A stretch of 64,000 bases of DNA from an uncultured Dokdonia sp. (lineage in GTDB: Bacteria > Bacteroidota > Bacteroidia > Flavobacteriales > Flavobacteriaceae): NCBI RefSeq assembly GCF_947492815.1, contig NZ_CANLOB010000014.1, positions 325-64,324 on the forward strand, in the 5' to 3' direction. The notes under the pieces were generated by a model that worked only from the letters and a program-made list of their open reading frames with translations, made no database searches and was not told the origin of the DNA. Both the position numbers and the translations under genes were made by a program. Below, piece by piece: positions 27,099 through 36,539 of this stretch (its first letter is position 1; each line of letters opens with the position of its first letter).

Positions 27099-28588
27099 TG
27101 CTGTTAGAACTCATAATCATCACGATTTACACCATTTCGTTATTAATCATATTTGCATATAGCTTATCGCAACTTAATTTGTTATTCAATTATTTGCGAG
27201 CACAACGCAAAAAAGATGATGCACCAAAATTTGACTTATCTGACCCAGAGCAAGTCCCTTATGTAACGATTCAGCTTCCCGTATACAATGAGTTATACGT
27301 AATGGAACGACTATTAGATAACATTGCGCTCTTAGAATATCCCGCAGAAAAATTAGAGATTCAAGTACTAGATGATAGTACAGATGAGTCTTTACAATCT
27401 ACAAAAGAACATATAGAACGATTACAAAAAACGGGACTTGATATAAAACATGTAACTCGTGAAGATAGATCTGGTTTTAAAGCAGGAGCTTTAAAGGAAG
27501 GACTTATAGATGCTAAAGGAGAGTTTATTGCTATTTTTGATGCCGATTTTCTTCCTGAGCCTAATTGGTTACAACGTACGGTACCGTATTTTATAGATCG
27601 CAATATTGGTGTAGTACAAACCCGATGGGGGCATATTAATAGAGATTATTCACTACTCACAAAAGTACAAGCATTTGCTTTAGATGCCCATTTCACACTA
27701 GAGCAAGTAGGTAGAAATAGCAGAGGACATTTTATCAATTTTAATGGTACTGCTGGACTATGGCGAAAGCAATGTATCATTGACGCAGGAAACTGGGAAG
27801 GAGATACGCTTACAGAAGATTTGGATTTAAGTTATAGAGCTCAACTTAAAAATTGGAAATTCAAGTATCTAGAAAACGTGGAAACACCTGCAGAATTACC
27901 TGTAGTCATTAGTGCCGCACGTTCACAGCAATTTAGATGGAATAAAGGAGGAGCAGAAAACTTCCAAAAAATGGCTTCAAAAGTAGTCAAGAGTAAAAGC
28001 CTATCTACGAAGACAAAATTCCACGGTATACTACATTTATTAAACAGTACCATGTTCTTAAATGTATTGATCGTTGGTTTATTAAGTATTCCTATGCTGT
28101 ATATCAAAAATGAATACGGACACCTTAAAACCTACTTTGTCGTCATGAGTTTCTTTGTGATGAGTACGGTAATTTTCTTTATCTGTTACTGGTATATGTT
28201 TAAGAATATATACGGAGGAGGTTTTAAACAGTTTATACGATATATAGGCATGTTCTTCACCTTTTTCAGTATTGCAATGGGGTTCTCATTACACAATTCT
28301 ATCGCAGTCATTGAAGGACATATTGGAAAGCGAAGCGACTTTATACGTACACCAAAATTTAATATAAGTAATCTTAAAGATGGCTGGAAAGGCAATAAAT
28401 ACCTTAAGAAGAAAGTCTCTTTAAATGTTTTCATTGAAGGAGCCCTTATGCTCTATTTTGCTTTTGGAATGTACAGCGCTTTTATCGTAGGAGATCAAGG
28501 TGGAGATTTCGGATTATTCCCTTTTCACCTTATGCTATTTATAGGTTTTGGATTTGTATTCTTTAAATCATTAACCTCCAAAGTGTGA
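27098..28588 (+). CDS. Processive GT2, cellulose-synthase-like
   Basis: DDSTD, KAGAL, FDADF, TEDLD and QQFRW (D,D,D,QxxRW); TM helices at both ends. Confidence 0.85.
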   Translation: MLLELIIITIYTISLLIIFAYSLSQLNLLFNYLRAQRKKDDAPKFDLSDPEQVPYVTIQLPVYNELYVMERLLDNIALLEYPAEKLEIQVLDDSTDESLQSTKEHIERLQKTGLDIKHVTREDRSGFKAGALKEGLIDAKGEFIAIFDADFLPEPNWLQRTVPYFIDRNIGVVQTRWGHINRDYSLLTKVQAFALDAHFTLEQVGRNSRGHFINFNGTAGLWRKQCIIDAGNWEGDTLTEDLDLSYRAQLKNWKFKYLENVETPAELPVVISAARSQQFRWNKGGAENFQKMASKVVKSKSLSTKTKFHGILHLLNSTMFLNVLIVGLLSIPMLYIKNEYGHLKTYFVVMSFFVMSTVIFFICYWYMFKNIYGGGFKQFIRYIGMFFTFFSIAMGFSLHNSIAVIEGHIGKRSDFIRTPKFNISNLKDGWKGNKYLKKKVSLNVFIEGALMLYFAFGMYSAFIVGDQGGDFGLFPFHLMLFIGFGFVFFKSLTSKV

Positions 28589-29973
28589 TTGCACAGATTT
28601 GGAAATATCATAAACTTCCGCTTCTTTTTGCTTTACTGTCGCTAGTATTCTATTGGGTATTTGCTTATGATCTTGTACGTGATGATTTTATAAAATTATT
28701 CACCTTATATGGTGCGTTGTTTTTTCTGTTTTACAAAATAGTACAACTAGGAAAAACTGATTTTTGGCTATTAGCTTTTATCGCCTTTGTATTTCGACTT
28801 ATTTTTCTTCCTGTAATCCCAAATCTATCCCAAGACTTTTATCGTTTTATATGGGACGGCAGGTTACTTTTAGAAGGCCTCAACCCATACCTAACTACTC
28901 CTTTGAGTTATGTGGAGTCTGGCACAATGGATATTGTATCACAAGCCGATGCACTCTACAAAGGTATGGGAGAGCTCAATGGAAGTCACTACACCAACTA
29001 CCCACCTATTAATCAAGTATGTTTTGCTATTGCAGGACTTTTTTCCGGTAATAGTATTACAGGCGCTGCTATCGTATTTAGAGTATTGATCCTCATTGCC
29101 GATATGGGTACCATCATACTCGGAAAAAAACTACTTCAACGAATGGGCCTCCCTATTCATGCTATTTTCTGGTATGCACTCAATCCGTTTATCATTATAG
29201 AAATGACAGGCAACTTACATTTTGAATCTGTAATGTTGTTTTTTGTAGTATGGTCTCTCTATTTGCTACATAAAGGAAAATGGATTGGAAGTGCTGTCTT
29301 ATTAGCACTTTCCATCTCTGTAAAATTATTACCCTTATTATTCCTTCCATTACTATTTCAATTTTTGCTTTCGCGAAAAACTACACAGGGACAAAACCTA
29401 TTTCTTTCATGGAAAGGTTGGAAGCAAGCCGCTTTATATTACCTCATCGTTTTGGGAACTGTCGCGCTTACTTTTGCACCCTTTTTAACGGGTGAATTTG
29501 CCGAAAATTTTGGAGCCTCTATTGCACTTTGGTTTAAGAAGTTTGAATTCAATGCGAGTATCTATTATGTGATACGATGGATTGGTTTTAAAGTTATTGG
29601 TTGGAATATCATAGGTGATGTAGGTCCATTATTACCACGCTATGTTGTAGGATTCTTATTAATCTTAGCCTTCTTTAGAAAAAACAGAACGCTTAAAGCC
29701 ACGATCACAGCCATACTTCTGGGGATCTCTTTTTACTTTTTACTCTCGACCACGGTACATCCTTGGTATGTAGCAACGCCCCTTATTTTATGTGTATTTA
29801 CAAGGTATCGTTTCCCATTGGTGTGGAGTTTTACGATTATACTCAGTTACTCAGCCTATGGTCCAGAAGGTTTTCAGGAAAATTTATGGCTCGTTGCTAC
29901 CGAATACCTAGTTGTATTGAGCGTATTTCTTTGGGAAGTTTTTAGAAAAAGTAAGAAGCCTATTATTGTATAA
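28585..29973 (+). CDS. GT-C membrane glycosyltransferase (GT87/DUF2029-like)
   Basis: LSQDFYRFIWDG, YPP, NLHFE, VHPWY motifs; multi-pass; GTG start overlaps the upstream stop. Confidence 0.7.
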   Translation: MIAQIWKYHKLPLLFALLSLVFYWVFAYDLVRDDFIKLFTLYGALFFLFYKIVQLGKTDFWLLAFIAFVFRLIFLPVIPNLSQDFYRFIWDGRLLLEGLNPYLTTPLSYVESGTMDIVSQADALYKGMGELNGSHYTNYPPINQVCFAIAGLFSGNSITGAAIVFRVLILIADMGTIILGKKLLQRMGLPIHAIFWYALNPFIIIEMTGNLHFESVMLFFVVWSLYLLHKGKWIGSAVLLALSISVKLLPLLFLPLLFQFLLSRKTTQGQNLFLSWKGWKQAALYYLIVLGTVALTFAPFLTGEFAENFGASIALWFKKFEFNASIYYVIRWIGFKVIGWNIIGDVGPLLPRYVVGFLLILAFFRKNRTLKATITAILLGISFYFLLSTTVHPWYVATPLILCVFTRYRFPLVWSFTIILSYSAYGPEGFQENLWLVATEYLVVLSVFLWEVFRKSKKPIIV

Positions 29974-29982
29974 CAAGTGTAT

Positions 29983-31074
29983 TTAATCTCTTGTTATTTT
30001 AAAATGAAATCTATCCGCTTCAATTACAAAATCATATTCTTTATCTAATGAATCCCTAAAAGTGAGTCTTGATTTGAATATGGTATCGCTAAGATCTGTC
30101 TTTGTCATTCCTTGAATCGGAATATCTTTTTCGTATTCATAACTATTAAAACGCATAGGTAGACTATCTATCCATTCTATATCATGAGATATATTTTCAA
30201 TCTTTACAAGATTTGCAGGAGCTCCAAAATTTTGCAAATCAAACGTAAGAAGCCAAGAACGATTATCTCTACCACCTCTTTGACTACTACTATAATAAAA
30301 TTCTTCTTCTCTGTCTGTTCTCCAAAAATATCGCTCTATTCCACCATAAATAATAGGACTATCAAAATATTCTATTCTATCTATGATATATAGAATATTA
30401 TCTCCAAAAAAATTAAAACCATAGGGCTCTCTATCCTCAATCAATTCATAATCAGCACAAATAGCTTTTTTCAACTCCTTTACAGTATAGGTTATGGTAT
30501 CTGATAGTACTTCTTCAAAATAAATCTTCTTCTGACTATAGTTAGGAGTTTTTGTTTTTACTACTAGAAAACCATATGCATCATCTTTCTTTTCTACAAC
30601 TTTTAAAAAAGTTATCTCACGATTATACAGGTTTTTCAAATCTTTAATTCTCAAATAAGCGCCTGGTAGTAAATTTTCGATATTATTTTGGACCTCGTTC
30701 AGTCCTACCTCATACAAAGCTTCACGTTCTTTAAATCGTTCTCGATTCATATAATATTTAGAAATACTCATGAATAACGCAAAACCAGTTAACCCGACAA
30801 TTAAAACAACAGGGATGAAGAAAGAATACCAGGGTGTTTTAATTTTATCTCCTCCTTTAATCCTACTTATAATATATTCTGGCAATTCATATAATTCTCC
30901 ATTTTTCCGTAAAGCATATGACTTTCCTATAGGAAAAAAAGGAAGCCAAAATAAGTGAAATACTTTTTGACGCACCTCAAAAGTCACATTTCCCCATTCT
31001 TCTTTTTTAAGCTCTAATTCATCTACTGAATATGATTTTACCTTAAAACTATACCATCCAAATACTACACTCAT
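29983..31074 (-). CDS. Hypothetical membrane-anchored protein
   Basis: 363 aa ORF; FHLFWLPFFPIGK segment, one TM helix, large soluble C-terminal region. Confidence 0.65.
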   Translation of the reverse strand: MSVVFGWYSFKVKSYSVDELELKKEEWGNVTFEVRQKVFHLFWLPFFPIGKSYALRKNGELYELPEYIISRIKGGDKIKTPWYSFFIPVVLIVGLTGFALFMSISKYYMNRERFKEREALYEVGLNEVQNNIENLLPGAYLRIKDLKNLYNREITFLKVVEKKDDAYGFLVVKTKTPNYSQKKIYFEEVLSDTITYTVKELKKAICADYELIEDREPYGFNFFGDNILYIIDRIEYFDSPIIYGGIERYFWRTDREEEFYYSSSQRGGRDNRSWLLTFDLQNFGAPANLVKIENISHDIEWIDSLPMRFNSYEYEKDIPIQGMTKTDLSDTIFKSRLTFRDSLDKEYDFVIEADRFHFKITRD

Positions 31075-31112
31075 AGAAATCTATTGCTTAGTTTATATTA
31101 TTATTACTTGCG

Positions 31113-31166
31113 ACCAACTTATACACACACCCTACCTTTCTGTCTTTATAGCTTCTTCCATCAGAA
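31113..31166. repeat. 54-bp direct repeat, copy B (att-like duplicate of the arnT-like 3' end)
   Basis: 50/54 identical to 32474-32527. Confidence 0.9.
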
Positions 31167-31168
31167 AA

Positions 31169-32056
31169 TCATTCATTCAAGCTATCAATGATTTGCTTTA
31201 ATGCTTTTTTTGCTTCCTTCATTACGGGAAGGAATGGCCAAATATGAGGCATCTTTTCCCCTTCAATAATAGCTACCTGAGTATTGGTTTTTATTAATTT
31301 CTCAATGGTTAATTTTTGATCCGGATAGGTAATATCATGTGTTGCTACATATAAAATAGTATGAGGAAAATTTTCGAAGCTTCCATACAATGGGGAGATC
31401 ATACTATTTTTTAAATCATTATTCTCTGCACACATTTGCTTTGCACTAAGCACTCCTTTTTTAGATAGCATCGGATCAAGAGGATCTACTTTATCTATAT
31501 CTGGATTAGATAATGTAGCATCCATTACTGGAGAGACTAAAATAACTTTAGCAGGTAATTCCATGTGTTTTTGAACTAATCTTTGAACTAAAGCTGTAAT
31601 CAATGTACCTCCTACAGAGTCTCCAATACAAGAAATCTGATGTGCACTATATGTTTTTAGAGCTGTATTATATACCTCGTCTATATTTTGAGATATCAGC
31701 GAAATCGTATTTTCAGGAGCTTTTGGATAATCACACATCCAGACGGTATGATTTGTTTGACTAACGATTGTCTTTATAGTATCCCAGTGATGTTTTGCTG
31801 GGCCTGATATAAAAGCACCTCCATGAATAAACAATACTAATTTACCTGAAGCCTTGTTTGACGTAATCTCTGTAATCGAGGTATTTAAAATAGTAAATGT
31901 ACGCGTTTGATGCTTCTTAAAGAACGCTCCTTTTGGTTGTCGAACATCTTCTTTTCGTATTTTTTTATAATCTATTGGGTCTTGACTAAAGTCTTTTTTT
32001 AATCCTTTTAGTTTAATAATAAATAACGTAATATAATAGGTGAAGCTTTGTTTCAT
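31169..32056 (-). CDS. Alpha/beta hydrolase (HSL-family esterase)
   Basis: HGGAF, GDSVGG nucleophile elbow, D and HIWP catalytic motifs. Confidence 0.9.
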   Translation of the reverse strand: MKQSFTYYITLFIIKLKGLKKDFSQDPIDYKKIRKEDVRQPKGAFFKKHQTRTFTILNTSITEITSNKASGKLVLFIHGGAFISGPAKHHWDTIKTIVSQTNHTVWMCDYPKAPENTISLISQNIDEVYNTALKTYSAHQISCIGDSVGGTLITALVQRLVQKHMELPAKVILVSPVMDATLSNPDIDKVDPLDPMLSKKGVLSAKQMCAENNDLKNSMISPLYGSFENFPHTILYVATHDITYPDQKLTIEKLIKTNTQVAIIEGEKMPHIWPFLPVMKEAKKALKQIIDSLNE

Positions 32057-32448
32057 TATTTATTATTTTTAATAGCTATTCTTTTGGCTACTTTAAGTTC
32101 AAATACAGCAAGTGTTATTATAATTAAAATTTCAATTAAAATATACAACCACCCAATAATTGTAATCGTTTCTATATGATAAAACGCAATTCCTACAGAT
32201 AAGCAACAATACAACAAATTTAGTATCGCAATCATCTTTAAGCATCTACCTAAACTATTGCTCTTTCTTTGGTAACAATAGAAATCAAAAAGGGCAAAAA
32301 ACACAGGAAGTATGGCGAGAAAATATAACGTAGAAGGAGGAATCCCAAACATACTTTCTAACTTGACTAGTACTATTCCTAGCATAAAAGCTGATAGTAT
32401 TGCTCCCAATCCATCTATTAACAAAAGTCTCCTTGGGCTAAATATCAT
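32056..32448 (-). CDS. Hypothetical 4-TM membrane protein
   Basis: 130 aa hydrophobic ORF whose stop overlaps the hydrolase start by 1 bp. Confidence 0.65.
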   Translation of the reverse strand: MIFSPRRLLLIDGLGAILSAFMLGIVLVKLESMFGIPPSTLYFLAILPVFFALFDFYCYQRKSNSLGRCLKMIAILNLLYCCLSVGIAFYHIETITIIGWLYILIEILIIITLAVFELKVAKRIAIKNNK

Positions 32449-32466
32449 ACAAGTTTTTTATTACTC

Positions 32467-34116
32467 TCATTTAACCAACTTATACACATACCCTATCTTT
32501 CTGTCTTTATGGCTTCTTGCATCAGAAGGTTCTGCATTTACATCTATACGAAGTGGAGTTTTAGTTACTACAGTATATCCTTTAGTATTTTGATTCTTCT
32601 TTAGTGTCAATTCATGCTCATATTCATGAGGTGCGATTATATAAAAGGCATCTTCTTCAATATCATTTAAGTGATAGATTACAGGTATAGTTCCTCCTTT
32701 TGACCAAATAATTTCTGGAGTAGTTCTTTGATAAGAGTAGTATGGAATTCCTTTTTCTAAAACCCCTTTCTCTTGTAACATTTCAAAATTAGCATATGCA
32801 GGGTTTGTGATCATATGTTGTTTTCGTAAACTACCTGCACTATATACAAGCATGATAAGTCCTATGATGGTGATGATTAACACATGCCCTATTGACTTTT
32901 GATACAGTCGCATACATAATAACACACCTATACTCACTAAAACCCCCACAAAGAAATATGTAATAACTGGTATGCGCATCGTTGTTTCAGTAAGAGATAG
33001 ATAAATAATAGCGATAGCAATTCCTATAAAAGCGAGTCCTAATATCCCAAAAAAGAAATAGACAGGAATCGTCTCTCGTTTATCTTTTAACTCCTTAAAG
33101 CGACGTATGAGATACTCAATATAAAATCCTGTATTCATTGCCAATGGAATTAAAACAGGCATTAGGTATCTTGATTTTTTCTCTGGAATCACAGACAGCA
33201 ATACCACAACTAGTAGCGTCCATAGCAATGTAAACTGATACACCTTCAGATTAGAAACACGTGTTTTTAAATACGGATATAGCAATCCTATAAATGCAGG
33301 TACTGTCCAAAGGCCACTTTGTGTAAAGAAACTCCAATAATAATAAAAAGGACGTACATTATAACTGGTCCAATTTCCTGTTTCTTTAGAAGCAATAGCC
33401 GCAAATGTCTCTGGATCTGCATATCGCACATAAAGGTACCAACTAAACCCAATAACCAAACCCACAATGAGAACTCCTACAAACAACACCCACTTTTTAG
33501 TAGTCGTAGATTTTCGAAATATAATCCCATAAGAAATCAAAAAGGGTAATAATAATGCATAAGCAGATACAGGACCTTTGCTTAATACAGAACATCCTAT
33601 ACCTAAAACAGCGAGTAATCCATATCCCCAAGAAATGGTGTCGTTTTTAAATAATTGCACAATCCCATAGATAGCAACGAGCATAAATGCATGTGCATAA
33701 ATGTCCCAAGGAGCTTCAAAGACAATAAGAATAATATAAAGAGAGGTAACTCCTATCAGACCATTATACAAACTATGAGATTTATCAAGGGTAAGCTTTC
33801 GCGAAAGCGTATACAACATAATTCCTAATAACATCACCATGAGTACAGCAGGAAGTCGCAATCCCCAAATACTTTTTACACCAAATAACATCGCCGAAAT
33901 TGCCGTTAGCCATGTAGGAAGTGGTGGTTTTTGATACCTAGCTTCGCCATTCATGGTAGTGAGTATCCAATGATCATCTGTCAGCATTTCACGAGCAGTA
34001 ATAAAATTACGTGCTTCCATAATGGTGACTTCCATGACATCTAAAAATGGCAATAGTAATAATGCAACCAGCGTAATAATGGTAAGTATGGGTCGCTTTT
34101 TATAAATATCAATCAT
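32467..34116 (-). CDS. ArnT/GT83-family lipid glycosyltransferase
   Basis: EARNFITAREM, KPPL, SKGP, KKSRYL motifs; start moved to ATG at 34116. Confidence 0.85.
   Translation of the reverse strand: MIDIYKKRPILTIITLVALLLLPFLDVMEVTIMEARNFITAREMLTDDHWILTTMNGEARYQKPPLPTWLTAISAMLFGVKSIWGLRLPAVLMVMLLGIMLYTLSRKLTLDKSHSLYNGLIGVTSLYIILIVFEAPWDIYAHAFMLVAIYGIVQLFKNDTISWGYGLLAVLGIGCSVLSKGPVSAYALLLPFLISYGIIFRKSTTTKKWVLFVGVLIVGLVIGFSWYLYVRYADPETFAAIASKETGNWTSYNVRPFYYYWSFFTQSGLWTVPAFIGLLYPYLKTRVSNLKVYQFTLLWTLLVVVLLSVIPEKKSRYLMPVLIPLAMNTGFYIEYLIRRFKELKDKRETIPVYFFFGILGLAFIGIAIAIIYLSLTETTMRIPVITYFFVGVLVSIGVLLCMRLYQKSIGHVLIITIIGLIMLVYSAGSLRKQHMITNPAYANFEMLQEKGVLEKGIPYYSYQRTTPEIIWSKGGTIPVIYHLNDIEEDAFYIIAPHEYEHELTLKKNQNTKGYTVVTKTPLRIDVNAEPSDARSHKDRKIGYVYKLVK
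32474..32527. repeat. 54-bp direct repeat, copy A, within the arnT-like 3' end
   Basis: Encodes SDARSHKDRKIGYVYKLV on the minus strand; duplicated at 31113-31166. Confidence 0.9.
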
Positions 34117-34726
34117 GCTTTTTCTTGTATAACATAATGTTGCGCACATAGATAATCGCGCCCATTACATTAGAAATAATCAACACAATATCTTGTCTAA
34201 AGATAAAGTAAGTTAATGTCATAAGCCCTCCTATAAGACTAATCACCCAAAAACCTAAAGGTAATATGGCTTCTTTATGCTTTTCTGCATAGAGCCATTG
34301 GTATACAAAACGAAGTGTAAAAACTATTTGTGCGATAACGCCAAGTATTAATAACCATTGAGCGATATCAGGATTATTAAGAAGATTTTTAATATCATAA
34401 TCTCCATTATTATACCCATATACTACAATGGCTATAGGGATCAAAAAAAATAAGAGTCGACTCCAGGCTGGTATTTTTGCCCATTGATCTTGTATTTGTA
34501 AGTTACGTATGTAAATAAAATAGGTAAGTACCTGCCCTAGCATTAAAGCAAAATCAACACGCAAATACCCATAAATAAATAATAGAAAAGAGCCTGATAA
34601 ACTTAACCACCAAAAGAAAAGTGGGGTTACTGATTTTTTTTGTTTTTCTGAAAGAATCCATTGTGAGTACATCCTTCCGCCAAAAAGGAGTTGTGCAATA
34701 ATGGCAAGTATGGAAAATTTATCCAC
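34109..34726 (-). CDS. Lipid A biosynthesis N-terminal (LAB_N) tandem-domain membrane protein
   Basis: Two repeats of QxxFxxRxxxQWxxxE...PxxFWxxSLxG. Confidence 0.85.
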   Translation of the reverse strand: MDKFSILAIIAQLLFGGRMYSQWILSEKQKKSVTPLFFWWLSLSGSFLLFIYGYLRVDFALMLGQVLTYFIYIRNLQIQDQWAKIPAWSRLLFFLIPIAIVVYGYNNGDYDIKNLLNNPDIAQWLLILGVIAQIVFTLRFVYQWLYAEKHKEAILPLGFWVISLIGGLMTLTYFIFRQDIVLIISNVMGAIIYVRNIMLYKKKHD

Positions 34727-35438
34727 GGCTTGTTTTTTCTACGGTATAATTAATATACTTCTTTTTCATCCAGAGATAAGCAAAGCAATCCATAAGTGGT
34801 CCTAATAACCTGTTCCAAAGTCCAAACTTTGCCTCTCCTGCAATACGCGGAAAATGACGCACAGGTACTTGTTTTACTTTCCCATGTTGGAGTAAAATCA
34901 TAGCAGGCAAAAATCGATGTAATCCTCTAAACATAGGAATACGTTTTGCATAATCTGTTTTTATGATTTTAAGCGGGCATCCCGTATCATCCATTCCATC
35001 ATGTGTAAATGCGCGACGGATTCCATTGGCAATTTTAGAAGACATGTTTTTTACAAAACTATCTTTACGGTCGGCGCGTACTCCAGTTACTAATACGCAA
35101 TCATCCATTTCATTCAATAGCTTATTAAAATCTTCTGGAGTCGTTTGAAGATCGGCATCTATATAGCCCACTAGATCTGTATCTGCATAATCAAACCCTG
35201 CTTTTATTGCAGCACTTAATCCTGCATTCTTCACAAAAGAAATATAGGTAAAACTGTCATTACGAGCGCAGATATCTTCTATAAGTGTTTGGCTTTTATC
35301 TTTAGACCCATCATTTACAAAAAGGACTTTGCTTTTTACAGCCGCAATTTCAAAATACGCTAGAAACTCTTTTTCTACACGCTGAAGATTGTCTTCTTCG
35401 TTATATACAGGAACTACAATAGTAAGTCGATACGACAT
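34719..35438 (-). CDS. GT2 polyprenyl-phosphate glycosyltransferase (ArnC/RgtE-like)
   Basis: VVPVYNEE, VNDGSKD, IDADLQ, DTGCPLK, GLHRFLP; start moved to ATG at 35438. Confidence 0.85.
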   Translation of the reverse strand: MSYRLTIVVPVYNEEDNLQRVEKEFLAYFEIAAVKSKVLFVNDGSKDKSQTLIEDICARNDSFTYISFVKNAGLSAAIKAGFDYADTDLVGYIDADLQTTPEDFNKLLNEMDDCVLVTGVRADRKDSFVKNMSSKIANGIRRAFTHDGMDDTGCPLKIIKTDYAKRIPMFRGLHRFLPAMILLQHGKVKQVPVRHFPRIAGEAKFGLWNRLLGPLMDCFAYLWMKKKYINYTVEKTSRG

Positions 35439-35481
35439 TAGGATAAAGTTAGTTTGTCGCAAGATAGTTTTTTCTAAAAAA

Positions 35482-36306
35482 CTATACCATTTTTAAATTA
35501 ATGACTTCTTGTTTTGTAAGATGACGCCAATGACCTCTTGGTAAATCTTTTTTAGTGAGACCTGCAATCGTAACACAATCTATCTTTACCACTTCATAAT
35601 TTAAGTGTTCAAAAATAGTGCGTATCACACTATTACCTGTATGCTTAATTTTAAGTCCGACTTCTTTTTTAGGAGCACCATCTACATAACTAACTTCTTC
35701 TACATTGATACTCTTCCCTTCTATTGTAAGTCCTTCATTGATACGCTCAATATCTGCTGCTTTTACATTTTTAGAGAGCTCTACATGATATAATTTAGCA
35801 ACTCCCGTTTTGGAATTTGTAAAACGTTGATGTACTTGTTCATCATTTGTAAATAATAATAATCCTGTCGCATTACGCCCTAATCTTCCTATAGGTTTGA
35901 TACGAGAGCTTGTAGATTTTGCTACAAGATCCATTACCGTATTTCCTTTATCATTACTTGTTGTTGTTGCAAACCCTTTGGGTTTGTTTAGAAGCACATA
36001 AGCCTTTTCCTCAGGGCTAATACGACGTCCATCAAAACGCACATCATCTCCTATCTGCACTTTGTACCCCATCTCATTAACAATCTTCCCATTTACAGTT
36101 ACATTTCCTATAGAAATGTACATATCGGCTTCACGTCGTGAACAAATACCAGCATTTGCAATGTATTTGTTTAAACGCATCGTTCCATCATCCTTCTTTT
36201 GAGGTGTTTTTTTAGGCGTCACTTTTTTTGACTTTGCCTGCTTTTGATAGCCTTCTCTTGTGGTCTTCTGTTTTCCTTTTCTGCTTCGAGATGCTCCTTG
36301 ACTCAT
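35482..36306 (-). CDS. RsuA/RluB-family pseudouridine synthase homolog, catalytic Asp replaced by Gly
   Basis: S4 domain MRLNKYIANAGICSRREAD; LLNKPKG; motif II reads GRLGR (GGG codon at 35878-35880). Confidence 0.85.
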   Translation of the reverse strand: MSQGASRSRKGKQKTTREGYQKQAKSKKVTPKKTPQKKDDGTMRLNKYIANAGICSRREADMYISIGNVTVNGKIVNEMGYKVQIGDDVRFDGRRISPEEKAYVLLNKPKGFATTTSNDKGNTVMDLVAKSTSSRIKPIGRLGRNATGLLLFTNDEQVHQRFTNSKTGVAKLYHVELSKNVKAADIERINEGLTIEGKSINVEEVSYVDGAPKKEVGLKIKHTGNSVIRTIFEHLNYEVVKIDCVTIAGLTKKDLPRGHWRHLTKQEVINLKMV

Positions 36307-36325
36307 GATACTTTCTATTTAGGTG

Positions 36326-36355
36326 CAAAGGTAGGTTTAAACTCTGAAATACAAA
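36326..36355 (-). promoter_or_regulatory. Bacteroidota promoter (-33 TTTG, -7 TACCTTTG)
   Basis: Minus-strand TTTG at 36355-36352, 18-bp spacer, TACCTTTG at 36333-36326. Confidence 0.55.
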
Positions 36356-36539
36356 CTACGAAAGTACTTTGAAACTATTTTATGGCATATCTATTGATAC
36401 GAATTGGAAATAATCATCTTATACATTCAAAAAGATGATTGTATGAATTAAGACAGATTACTACCGATAGGAAACCATTTGATAAAAAAACACCAACCAA
36501 AGGAATGTTATTTTATTAATTTTTTTAAACCATCACATT

